From: an uncultured cyanobacterium
GTDB taxonomy: Bacteria; Cyanobacteriota; Cyanobacteriia; PCC-9006; JAAUQQ01
NCBI GenBank assembly: GCA_963718615.1
Contig: OY970368.1
Coordinates: 2,944,001-3,008,000 of the forward strand
Direction: 5' to 3'
Length of the DNA: 64,000 nucleotides
Numbering within the stretch: position 1 is the first letter of the stretch; each line of letters begins with the position of its first letter. The notes beneath the pieces are model-generated. The model was not told where the DNA came from. It did no database searches and worked only from the letters and a program-made list of their open reading frames with translations. This document shows, one piece after another, positions 30,897 through 40,138 of the stretch. The position numbers were made by a program, and so were the translations under genes.

Positions 30897-32807
30897 ATGA
30901 ATCGTCGTTTGCTTTTAATCAGTCTCTCCTGCTGTCTTGCGATCGTCTCTACCCTCCTCCAAAGCCCTTCGGCAATTTCCCAATCTACGAACCCCCAATC
31001 CACGAATCCCCAATCTGCCGAATCCCAAACTACGGCCCCCCAGCCCGACTACATCGCCACGGGAACCGGTGGAGCCGTCGCCAGCGAAGACCCCCTCGCC
31101 ACGCAGATTGGCCTAGAAGTCCTGCGCTCTGGCGGAAATGCTGTCGATGCTGCGATTGCAACTGCTGCTGCCTTGGGTGTTGTGACTCCCTTTTCTGGTG
31201 GCATTGGCGGTGGTGGGTTCATGGTCATCGCTCAATCGGACCACAAGACCCCGAACGGTCAAACAGTCATCACTCTCGACAGTCGCGAAACCGCCCCTGC
31301 TGCCACTACAACCGATCAATTCCGAGACCCTGATAGCCCGGCAGACCTACTGCCCTTCATGCCCAACCGCGTCAGCAGCGGGCTGTCCGTTGGCGTACCC
31401 GGCACTCCGTTGCATTGGCAAACTGCCCTGGAGCGCTATGGCACAAAGTCCTTGGCAGAAGTGCTGGAACCGGCGATCGCCCTCGCCCAAACCGGTTTTC
31501 CGGTAGACGCCACCTTCGCTGAACAAATTCGCAGCAACCAAACGCGGTTTGAAGCCTTTTCCAGTACGCGATCGCTCTACCTCCCCCAGGGCAAAGCCCC
31601 TGAACCGGGCAGTCGTTTTCGCAACCCTGACCTTGCCAAAACCTATCGTATCCTTGCAGAGCAGGGCATGAATGCCTTTTATCGGGGGGAGATCGGTGAG
31701 GCGATCGCCCAAACTGTCCAACAGCCGCCGATCATCGCGCAGCCCCCCTTCAAAGTTTGGCCCGGTCGGATGACTACAGCCGATCTCGATCGCTACGAAG
31801 TTCGCATCCGGCCTGCGGTTTCTAGCCGATACCGAGGCTATCAAATCTATGGCATGGGGTTGCCCAGCAGCGGTGGCATTACCGTGGCACAAACCCTAAA
31901 CCTGCTGGAGGGTTATAACCTCGGGAGAATGGATCGAGCTGAAGCGTTGCACTGGCTGATTGAAGCGGAAAGACTGGCCTTTGGCGATCGCAATGCTTAC
32001 CTGGGCGATCCAGAATTCGTCGATGTCCCCCTCGCTGGACTGCTCAGTTCGACCTACATCCGTCAGCGCCGCACCGATCTCCCCAAAACACCCCCGGCAA
32101 ACGGAGCGAATTATCGGGCTGTATCAGGTAATCCGTTGCCCTATCAACAGGATCCGAGCCCTAGCTTAACGCTGTCGTCGACCTTGGCTCAACGCCCTGA
32201 CACCGAAGGTCTATCCACCACCCATCTAACGGTGATCGATGGCAACGGCATGGCCGTCTCCTACACGATGACCATCGAATCAACCGGCGGTTCAGGCATT
32301 GTCGTTCCCGGTTATGGCTTTCTCCTCAACAACGAACTCACCGACTTCGACCCCATCATCCCCCACCCCAATACCCCCGAACCCGGCAAACGCCCCCGTA
32401 GCAGCATGGCCCCAACCATCGCCATCGCCCCCGACGGCACAGTTCTTGCCTTTGGTTCCCCTGGAGGCTCGACGATTATTACGACGGTGTTGGGGATGGC
32501 GGTGAATCTGATGGACTTTGGCATGGGGTTGGAGGAGGCGATCGCCGCACCCCGAATTTCCCAACGCAACAGTGGCATAACCTTCGTAGAGGCAGGCTTT
32601 GAACAAACTGATCTGGGGAAAAAACTAATGGCCAGGGGCCATCAGCTCCAATCCACTGCCGAAATTGGCGCGGCAACTGGAATTGTCCTGCGGCCTGATG
32701 GGCGGCTAACAGCGGTAGCGGAGCCGGTACGACGGGGAGGCGGTAGTGCAAAGGTTATACAAACAATGGCTACCCAATCGTCCTTCCAACCGTCCTTGAA
32801 CCGCTGA
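30897..32807 (+). CDS. ggt: Gamma-glutamyltransferase, exported
   Basis: Signal peptide, GGNAVDAA, TTHL autocleavage site, LNNELTDF, RPRSSM and GSPGG. Confidence 0.95.
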   Translation: MNRRLLLISLSCCLAIVSTLLQSPSAISQSTNPQSTNPQSAESQTTAPQPDYIATGTGGAVASEDPLATQIGLEVLRSGGNAVDAAIATAAALGVVTPFSGGIGGGGFMVIAQSDHKTPNGQTVITLDSRETAPAATTTDQFRDPDSPADLLPFMPNRVSSGLSVGVPGTPLHWQTALERYGTKSLAEVLEPAIALAQTGFPVDATFAEQIRSNQTRFEAFSSTRSLYLPQGKAPEPGSRFRNPDLAKTYRILAEQGMNAFYRGEIGEAIAQTVQQPPIIAQPPFKVWPGRMTTADLDRYEVRIRPAVSSRYRGYQIYGMGLPSSGGITVAQTLNLLEGYNLGRMDRAEALHWLIEAERLAFGDRNAYLGDPEFVDVPLAGLLSSTYIRQRRTDLPKTPPANGANYRAVSGNPLPYQQDPSPSLTLSSTLAQRPDTEGLSTTHLTVIDGNGMAVSYTMTIESTGGSGIVVPGYGFLLNNELTDFDPIIPHPNTPEPGKRPRSSMAPTIAIAPDGTVLAFGSPGGSTIITTVLGMAVNLMDFGMGLEEAIAAPRISQRNSGITFVEAGFEQTDLGKKLMARGHQLQSTAEIGAATGIVLRPDGRLTAVAEPVRRGGGSAKVIQTMATQSSFQPSLNR

Positions 32808-32836
32808 ACCCACCGAAGCCCTTTTCGACATCAGGC

Positions 32837-35692
32837 TTACCAGAACCGCAAGGCAAACTTGCTCAACCGCTCCTGGGCTTCATCAAACAGCGAATAGACC
32901 ACCGGCACGACGATCAGGCTCAACAGGGTTGAAGTCGCAAGACCACCGATCGCCGCCACGGCTAAAGGCTGACGCAGCTCCGCTCCGGCTCCGAGGCCAA
33001 AGGCAATCGGCATCATCCCTAAAATAGTCGAGAGCGCCGTCATCAAAATCGGGCGTAAGCGGATAGGACCCGCCTGTAAAATCGCCTCCAGCTTCGAGAC
33101 CCCTTGATCCCGCAATTGATTGATGTAATCCACAATCAGAATCGCGCTTTTATCGACCAGGCCCATCAGCAAAATAATGCCAATTACCGCAATCATGCCA
33201 AAGTCGCTTTGGGTCACCACGAGGCCCAGCATAGCCCCGACGATGGCCAAGGGCAACGACAGCAAGACCACAAAGGGATCGAGCAACCGCCGGAACAGCG
33301 CCACCAACACCAGCAACATACAGCCGATCGACATAGCCAGCGTCAGGCCAAAGCTGCTCAAAACCTGATTGCTGCGGGCCGAATCTCCCCCCAAATTGAG
33401 TGTTACCCCAGCGGGTAGAAGACCTTGGGCTTCGGCGATCACCACATTCGTGGCATCGCCCAGGGCTTGGCCTTGGCTCAGATTAGCTGTGACGTAGACC
33501 GTACGTTGGCCGTCCTGGCGCTGAATTTCCTGAACATTCGCCACAGACTGGCCTTCGCTCGTCACCGTGACATCAACGAACCCTTTGGCGCGGACGCGAT
33601 CGCCAATCTTCTCCCCAGTCTCCAGCAACGCTTTCAGATCATTGCCTTGCAGCGCCACCTGCAAAGGTTTTTCACCGCCCGTATCAACAAACTGAATGTC
33701 TTCGACGCTGACCGTTGTATTATCCAACGTCGGTAAAGCCTGTCGTACCTGGTCTTGAATCTTAGCCGTATGGGCCGTGCGGTCCTCTTTGAGTTGTACA
33801 AACAGCCGCCCCTGATTGACCGCGCCCCGCTCTCCTAAGACTGCAAACACCGACTCCACATTGGGATTTTCACGGATCTTCGCTTCTAGCTCAGCGGCAA
33901 TAGTTTTGGATTCTGCTAGGGAGAATTGGGTGACCTCTGCGGGCGTCGGCTGGGGCTGCTGTCCCGACTGGGCCGCCGCTAGCGAGGCTGCACTAGGCAA
34001 CCGCAGGGTTTGACCCGGCTGCAATGGGCTGCGGGGATCAATCTGGTTGATCTGAGCAATTTGTCCGGCGGCAACGGGGGAGCCTAATCGTTGGATGGCG
34101 ATCGCCTCGAATGTATCTCCGGGCTGAACCCTGTAGGGCTCAAAGAGTTTTGCCTGAAACTGTTCCGACAGACTGGATTCGAGTCGCTGACTGGCGATCG
34201 CATAGGTCACATTAAACGTACCGCGATCGAGCTTGGGAATAAACCCCTTAGGAATCAGCGGCACCAGCGCAATCCCTGCCACCAAGCTCAGCACCGCCAG
34301 CGACACCACCAGCCAGCGATGGCCCAAGGACCAGTTCAACAACTGCCGATAGCGTTTCATCACCCCATTCCAGAAGCCAGTGCCCTGCTGCTCTCGGATT
34401 TGGGCACGTTGGACCGCTTCTGGATCGGCGCGGCGCAGCCAGAGCGACGCCAACACAGGGGACAATGTGCGCGAGACCAGTAGTGAAATCAGCACCGCCG
34501 CCGACACCGTAATCCCGAAGGGCTTGAAAAACTGGCCTATGGTTCCCCCCATTAAACCAATGGGCAAGAACACCGCCACAATGGTTAGCGTTGCCGCCGC
34601 AACCGTCAGGCCAATTTCGCTCGTGGCTTTGTGGGCCGCCCGTTTAGGAGACTCGCCGTTTTCGATGTGGCGCGTAATATTTTCTACATCAACAATGGCG
34701 TCGTCAATGATAATGCCAATCACCAGGGCCAGGGCCAGGAGCGTGATGGTTTCTAGGTTAAACCCGGCGATCGCCATGACAATAAACGTTCCCAGCAGGG
34801 AAATGGGAATGGCCAAGGCCGCAATAATCGTGGCTCGCCAGCTCCAGAGGAATGGAAAAATAATCAGGACCGCCAGTCCCATGGCCAGAAACAGATCCTC
34901 TAGGGTTGAGCGGGTAGCTTCCTTAATAAATTTGGCTTGGGTCGCCGCCTGACGAATCGTCAGGTCCGGTAGAGCCTTACGCAATTGGGCCACGGCCCGG
35001 TCCGATTGGGCCACCACTTCTAGGGTATTGGCCTCGCTGGTTTTGATCACCTCCAGGGCCAAGGCATCCTGGTCATTGAACCGCACCCTTGTATCCCCAT
35101 CGCCCCGGAGTTCAACTCGCAGGACCCCCGGAAGCTCTTCAAGCTTGGGAAGGAGGCGATCGCGCACCGTCGGCAACAACGACTCCGCTGATTTGCCCTC
35201 GCCATAGACCGCATAGCTGACCGCCGCCGACTCGTTCAAGTTGAAGGGCAGGACCTTAAATCTGGAGCCCTCGGGTAGCTTAACCCCAGACAGCGCTGCT
35301 TCCACCGCTGCTTCTGACTTTTTCAGATTTGAGCCCACTTCAAACGAGAGGGTCAGCGCGGCGCGACCTTTATAGCTCGATGTCTTGAGGCCATCCAAGC
35401 CATCCAGTTGTTCTAGGCGATTTTCTAGCGGAATGGCCAGCCGTTGTTCTGTGTCTAGGACCGTTTCCAGGGGAGCCTGGGCATCGACCACGACCACGGG
35501 GAAGGTAATATCTGGGAACAGCGCATACTTGAGAGAGCTAAAGGCCAGCAGGCCCGCCACCGAAACAGCGATCCAAAACCCGATGGTCAGCCAGGGGTAG
35601 GAAAGGGCTAACCGAGATAGGTTTAGGTGTTGCCGGAGGTCAGCATTATTCCGGTATGGCGGCACCATCGAAAATTTTTTCGCTAAAGACAT
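32837..35692 (-). CDS. AcrB/RND family permease with an internal LysM domain
   Basis: 'LFPDITFP', 'IIIDDAIVDVENI' and 'RLRPILMT'. LysM-like insert at 33995-34135. Confidence 0.92.
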   Translation of the reverse strand: MSLAKKFSMVPPYRNNADLRQHLNLSRLALSYPWLTIGFWIAVSVAGLLAFSSLKYALFPDITFPVVVVDAQAPLETVLDTEQRLAIPLENRLEQLDGLDGLKTSSYKGRAALTLSFEVGSNLKKSEAAVEAALSGVKLPEGSRFKVLPFNLNESAAVSYAVYGEGKSAESLLPTVRDRLLPKLEELPGVLRVELRGDGDTRVRFNDQDALALEVIKTSEANTLEVVAQSDRAVAQLRKALPDLTIRQAATQAKFIKEATRSTLEDLFLAMGLAVLIIFPFLWSWRATIIAALAIPISLLGTFIVMAIAGFNLETITLLALALVIGIIIDDAIVDVENITRHIENGESPKRAAHKATSEIGLTVAAATLTIVAVFLPIGLMGGTIGQFFKPFGITVSAAVLISLLVSRTLSPVLASLWLRRADPEAVQRAQIREQQGTGFWNGVMKRYRQLLNWSLGHRWLVVSLAVLSLVAGIALVPLIPKGFIPKLDRGTFNVTYAIASQRLESSLSEQFQAKLFEPYRVQPGDTFEAIAIQRLGSPVAAGQIAQINQIDPRSPLQPGQTLRLPSAASLAAAQSGQQPQPTPAEVTQFSLAESKTIAAELEAKIRENPNVESVFAVLGERGAVNQGRLFVQLKEDRTAHTAKIQDQVRQALPTLDNTTVSVEDIQFVDTGGEKPLQVALQGNDLKALLETGEKIGDRVRAKGFVDVTVTSEGQSVANVQEIQRQDGQRTVYVTANLSQGQALGDATNVVIAEAQGLLPAGVTLNLGGDSARSNQVLSSFGLTLAMSIGCMLLVLVALFRRLLDPFVVLLSLPLAIVGAMLGLVVTQSDFGMIAVIGIILLMGLVDKSAILIVDYINQLRDQGVSKLEAILQAGPIRLRPILMTALSTILGMMPIAFGLGAGAELRQPLAVAAIGGLATSTLLSLIVVPVVYSLFDEAQERLSKFALRFW

Positions 35693-36224
35693 TGCGAGTC
35701 TCTCTCGATCCTAAAGGAAGATGGGCGTACAAGAAGATGGGCAGGCCAAGTTGCTTCCCAATCAGCTCTATATGGGATTCCTATGACTGTTCACGAAGCG
35801 AAAGGTGCCCTACCTCAAGTCCACAGGAGGAACCTGAGATATTACTGAACTTCGTCTGAAAAAGTGCCATTATGCAGGTTTCAGGTTCTCAGCTTCGGAA
35901 TCTAGAGCCTCAACTTCGTTGAACAATAAGCCTTCATGCAGGGGACCACAGACCGCAGCCACGAGAGCCAAAATTTTTGTGGATGCGCGGGAGGGAGAGG
36001 TTAGGGGGGCAAAAAATTGGCAAAAGCGGGAGGAATCGCGGGGGGCAGATTGGGCGATCGCTCCTCTTAATTTATGATTCCCCAAAAATCTAACTGTCCA
36101 TGACTTCCTAAATTCTCTATTCAAAAACTTTTTACTCCTATGATTTTATCGATAAGGATTAACAAAAAGAACAAATCAGCACAGCCCAGAATCAAGACAA
36201 AACGTTTGATAGACCGTTGAGAGA

Positions 36225-37001
36225 ATGTTGGAAAGAGACGCAATCACAATGCCAAGGGCGTTTGACGGAATTTTGGTGCCCCAGGGCGCAGAGGAACAGG
36301 CAGTCCGGCGAGGGATGCGGCGAGCCCAAGCTAACATCGAGATTTTGCCGCTGGCTATGGGGTCAGAGGCCACGCGCAGACGTTTGAAGGCAGCCCTTCG
36401 ACAGGGATGGCTGGGCGATCGCCAACGACTTTTGGTTTTGGGGGTGGCGGGGAGTCTGACGGCTCAGCTCAGGGTCGGGGATGGGGTGGTGTATCAAAGT
36501 GTTGTGGGGCCTGATGGGGAGGAGATTCCGCTGGGAGAAGCGGGGGAAATGGCGTTGGGCGTTTCCCGGCTCATGGCCCAGGTGCCCCAGCTTCAACCGG
36601 TGAAGGCGGTGAGTTGCGATCGCCTCATCCACCAAGCCCCAGCAAAACAGGCGCTCCAAGCCCAAACCGGAGCCCAGGTCGTGGATATGGAAGCAGCGGC
36701 GATCGCTCAGATCCTCGTGCCCTTGGGGATTGCGATCGCCACCGTGCGGGTGATTAGTGACGATGCCCAGGGGGATTTGCCGGATTTGAGTCAGGCGACA
36801 GGGGCCGATGGGCAGTTGCAGGGGGGAAAAATGGCGATTGCCTTTCTGCGTCAGCCGAGGGCGGCGGTGCGGTTAATCCGAGGCTCCCTGCAAGCTTTGC
36901 AACAATTAGAGGCAATTACGGCTCAGCTTTTGGCGTCTAGGCCACAGCCAGAAACAAACCCCCCACTGGGAGCAAGCGGGGGGCAACTAGGTTCACGCTA
37001 A
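36225..37001 (+). CDS. Nucleoside phosphorylase-family protein (PNP/UDP, HpnG-like)
   Basis: 'ILVPQGAE', 'LGVAGSL', 'VVDMEAA' and 'RVISDD'. Confidence 0.75.
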   Translation: MLERDAITMPRAFDGILVPQGAEEQAVRRGMRRAQANIEILPLAMGSEATRRRLKAALRQGWLGDRQRLLVLGVAGSLTAQLRVGDGVVYQSVVGPDGEEIPLGEAGEMALGVSRLMAQVPQLQPVKAVSCDRLIHQAPAKQALQAQTGAQVVDMEAAAIAQILVPLGIAIATVRVISDDAQGDLPDLSQATGADGQLQGGKMAIAFLRQPRAAVRLIRGSLQALQQLEAITAQLLASRPQPETNPPLGASGGQLGSR

Positions 37002-37138
37002 AAGCGTCTCGATGATGAATGCGACCTGAGTTTTATGGGTGTGTTGCGTCTAGAGAAGACATTCCCATATTTGGGCGGGGGGATCAGTGACCGCGATCGC
37101 AATTTTTGTGACAAATATCTCCAGTCACACCTTCCGAT

Positions 37139-37279
37139 TCATAGGGGCTCCCCATAATCTACGGAACCGTCCGGTTTGAGGCTTTGGGTGGCTGCCATCA
37201 AAAATCCTCCCATCCCAATAAACAGAGCCAGCAGCGCTACGAGGACTGCGGTTCTTGCCCGTTGGCTGGAGACTTTCCC
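37139..37279 (-). other. Putative -1 programmed-frameshift extension (TM anchor) of the 37237-38043 gene
   Basis: G_GGA_AAG at 37279-37273 is in the correct phase. The -1 frame reads GKVSSQRARTAVLVALLALFIGMGGFLMAATQSLKPDGSVDYGEPL*. Confidence 0.6.
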
Positions 37280-38043
37280 AAGACCTGAATCTCCCGCAGG
37301 GCTTCCTGGAGTTCGGCGGTGGTGCGCTGCTGGGCTTGGCCCAGATTGGCGGAGTGAATCATATATTCCAGTTTTTTGTCCTGGAGTTGCTTGGCTTTGA
37401 GCCTCAGGGCTTGGGCCGCTTCTTGGGTTTCCTGAAGCTGGTGGCGCTGCTGGCGAATATCGGCGTCCATCCCCGCGACGAGGGCTTCGATCGCATTCAT
37501 GGCTTGGGATACGACGGCACCGGGATCGTTGTAGCTGGCGATCGCCTCTTCCCCCCGAAACTTGGCCAAATCATAGGCATGGGGCATCGAAGGAGTTTCC
37601 AGGGTGCGGCGGTGATTACCCGTAGAAATTTCAATTTCACCTCGCCAAGGATTTTGCACGGTGGCGGGTGCAGACGGCACGGAGGGTTGGGGAACCGGCT
37701 GGATGGGCCGGGGACCGGGTACGGGAAAGGGTTGCAGAGTAGGCTGTGGGGGAGCCGATTGTGAAGGAGCCGATTGTAAAGGAGCCGATTGTGGGGGAGT
37801 CGATTGAGCCTCTTCTTCTAACGGTCCCTCTAGATAGTCCAAAATCTGCTCCTGGTCTTCAGGCAACAACAGCACCGGCTTTCCCCGACCCTGGGATTGA
37901 CTCTGGATCGAGAGCTGGCGCATGGCCTGCCGAACCTCGGCCTCCGGGTGGTCGTAATAGTGGGCAAAGTCTCGAATGGTGAGCGGCTGCGTGGGAAAAG
38001 CAGGCGCAGTCCCATCGGGTGAACCTGAAATGAAATCCTGCAT
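37237..38043 (-). CDS. Hypothetical protein: HTH-like N-terminus, Pro/Gln-rich linker, C-terminal coiled coil
   Basis: ORF track with ATG at 38043. Heptad-rich C-terminal segment. 15-bp tandem repeats encode (QSAPx)n. Confidence 0.8.
   Translation of the reverse strand: MQDFISGSPDGTAPAFPTQPLTIRDFAHYYDHPEAEVRQAMRQLSIQSQSQGRGKPVLLLPEDQEQILDYLEGPLEEEAQSTPPQSAPLQSAPSQSAPPQPTLQPFPVPGPRPIQPVPQPSVPSAPATVQNPWRGEIEISTGNHRRTLETPSMPHAYDLAKFRGEEAIASYNDPGAVVSQAMNAIEALVAGMDADIRQQRHQLQETQEAAQALRLKAKQLQDKKLEYMIHSANLGQAQQRTTAELQEALREIQVLGKSPANGQEPQSS
37751..37806. repeat. 15-bp tandem repeat x4 encoding a QSAP linker
   Basis: ggagccgattgtgaa / ggagccgattgtaaa / ggagccgattgtggg / ggagtcgattg. Confidence 0.8.
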
Positions 38044-38062
38044 GGCGACAAACTCTAACTTC

Positions 38063-38106
38063 AATACACTTGTACCATAAAAACAAAGATCAATACAAAT
38101 GTATTG
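38063..38106 (-). promoter_or_regulatory. Two LexA (SOS) boxes upstream of the hypothetical gene
   Basis: GGTACAAGTGTATT (minus strand, 38063-38076) and CAATACAAATGTATTG (38091-38106) resemble the cyanobacterial RGTAC-N3-DGTWCB box. Confidence 0.7.
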
Positions 38107-38347
38107 AATAATCGACCGGAGAACTGCTTGAAGAATTGGTTAGGAAATCGGTTAGGAAATCGGTTAGGCCATCGGTTCGAGGATGCCGCGAAGCATCTTG
38201 CACGATTTCGCAGTTTCGCAATTTCGCAGCCAATTTTGCCGTCAAATCGGCACGGCAGCGGTAGGATTGAACTTTCTTAGCGCAAGCTTGGCGCAAATTA
38301 ATTTGGCACCAAGTAACATCATCTACCGCAATTATTGGGAGTGAGGC

Positions 38348-39271
38348 ATGATGGGGGCTCTCCAGGGGAAAGACTTTTTAACATTGGCCGATATCACCGC
38401 AGCGCAGCTCCGGGAGTTGCTCGGCTTAGCGGCGGATCTGAAAACCGGAAAACTTAAACCCCAGGCCAATCGAACCCTGGGCCTCATTTTTTCCAAGGCT
38501 TCTACCCGAACCCGCGTTAGTTTTTCCGCCGCGATGTACCAGATTGGGGGGCAGGTGTTGGACCTCAACCCGCTGGTCACCCAGGTAGGACGGGGCGAGC
38601 CGATCGCCGATACGGCCAGGGTTCTGAGTCGCTATCTCGATGTTTTGGCCATCCGCACGTTTGAGCAAACGGATCTTGAAACCTATGCTCAATACGCCGA
38701 TATCCCGGTCATTAATGCCCTGACGGATCTCTATCATCCCTGCCAGATTTTGGCGGATCTGCAAACCATCCGAGAAAACTTTCAAGATTTGCAAGGGCTA
38801 ACCCTGTGCTATTGCGGCGATGGCAATAACATGGCCCATTCACTAATGCTGGGCTGCGCGCTGAGTGGCATGAACGTTCGCATTGCTTCCCCAGAGGACT
38901 ATAGCCCGCTGCCTGAAATTGTCGCAAAAGCCCAGGACCTCAGCGGTGGCACCAGCGAGGTGCTCGTCACGACCGACCCGGAGCTTGCGGCGAAGGGTGC
39001 CCATGTGGTCTATACGGATGTTTGGGCCAGTATGGGTCAAGAGGATGAAGCGGATTCTCGCCTACCGGTGTTTCAGCCCTATCAGGTGAATGAAGCATTA
39101 TTGGCGTTGGCAGATCCTGAGGCGATCGTCCTCCATTGCCTCCCTGCCCACCGAGGGGAAGAAATTACCGAAGCGGTGATGGAAGGACCGCGATCGCGCC
39201 TTTGGGATCAAGCCGAAAACCGGCTCCATGCGCAAAAAGCCCTGCTCGTAAGCCTATTGGGCCTAGTTTAG
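38348..39271 (+). CDS. argF: Ornithine carbamoyltransferase
   Basis: STRTR, HPCQ, GDGNNM, DVWASMGQE and HCLP. Confidence 0.97.
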   Translation: MMGALQGKDFLTLADITAAQLRELLGLAADLKTGKLKPQANRTLGLIFSKASTRTRVSFSAAMYQIGGQVLDLNPLVTQVGRGEPIADTARVLSRYLDVLAIRTFEQTDLETYAQYADIPVINALTDLYHPCQILADLQTIRENFQDLQGLTLCYCGDGNNMAHSLMLGCALSGMNVRIASPEDYSPLPEIVAKAQDLSGGTSEVLVTTDPELAAKGAHVVYTDVWASMGQEDEADSRLPVFQPYQVNEALLALADPEAIVLHCLPAHRGEEITEAVMEGPRSRLWDQAENRLHAQKALLVSLLGLV

Positions 39272-39326
39272 GATGGCCGCCAGTTTGACCCAAAAGCTTG
39301 ACCCAAACAGAGTACAGTCAAAACAT

Positions 39327-39373
39327 AGTACAGGAGTATGGACATTTGTCAGCGTATGCGATACAAATGTTCT
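39327..39373 (+). promoter_or_regulatory. LexA autoregulatory boxes
   Basis: AGTACAGGAGTATG (39327-39340) and GATACAAATGTTCT (39360-39373) upstream of lexA. Confidence 0.65.
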
Positions 39374-39500
39374 GGAGTCTCCGTGAATCAGGCCTGAATC
39401 ATTCTCACCCAGACTTTTGGGCATCCCCTTGGGGTCGCTCAGGTTCTGTTGTGTATTTTTGTGCCCATTCACTGTCCGACATATTTGTCTGACCCCGATC

Positions 39501-40109
39501 ATGGAAAAGCTTACCGAGGCCCAGCAAGAGCTGTTTGATTGGCTCCTGCTCTATATCCGCGAAAATCAGCATCCGCCTTCGATTCGGCAAATGATGCGAG
39601 CGATGGATTTGCGATCGCCCGCCCCTGTCCAAAGCCGCCTCAAGCATTTGCAGAAAAAGGGCTATATCGACTGGAATGAGGGCCGTGCCCGCACGATTCG
39701 GGTGTTGACGGAGAAGGGAATTCCCCTGGAGGGGGCGATCGCTGCCGGTAGTCTGATCGATGTCTTTCCCGACAGCGTGGAGCGCTTGGATTTATCGGAT
39801 GTCTTCCAAAATCCGGACTGCTACGCTCTGCGGGTGCGCGGCGACAGCATGATCGAAGCCCACATTGATAGCGGCGATATTGTCATCATGCAGAAGGTCA
39901 AGGATCCGTCGCGGGTCAAGGATGGCACCATCGTAGCCGCTCGGGTAGAGAGCCAAACAACGCTTAAATATCTTCACTATCAGGGTAAGAAAGCGATTCT
40001 CAAACCGGCCAACAGTAATTACGACCCCATTGAAGTATCTACCGAAAATTTAGAGATTCAGGGGGTGCTGGTGGGCGTTTGGCGGGGGTATGGCGTCACA
40101 GACCTCTAA
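39501..40109 (+). CDS. lexA: LexA repressor
   Basis: MEKLTEAQ start, PPSIRQ wHTH, Ala-Gly cleavage site (IAAG), catalytic Ser (GDSM) and Lys (TTLK). Confidence 0.96.
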   Translation: MEKLTEAQQELFDWLLLYIRENQHPPSIRQMMRAMDLRSPAPVQSRLKHLQKKGYIDWNEGRARTIRVLTEKGIPLEGAIAAGSLIDVFPDSVERLDLSDVFQNPDCYALRVRGDSMIEAHIDSGDIVIMQKVKDPSRVKDGTIVAARVESQTTLKYLHYQGKKAILKPANSNYDPIEVSTENLEIQGVLVGVWRGYGVTDL

Positions 40110-40138
40110 TAACCGACAGATCTCTAATCATCCGCTAT

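Noticed and set aside
35693-36224. ncRNA or small ORF (35870-36124) in the 530-bp gap between the RND gene and the phosphorylase
   Set aside because: No recognisable RNA family motif, RBS or protein-like composition; cannot be supported.
37108-37129. CRP-like site (GTGAC...GTCAC inverted repeat)
   Set aside because: The spacer is too long for TGTGA-N6-TCACA and it lies between convergent genes; more likely a terminator-type hairpin.
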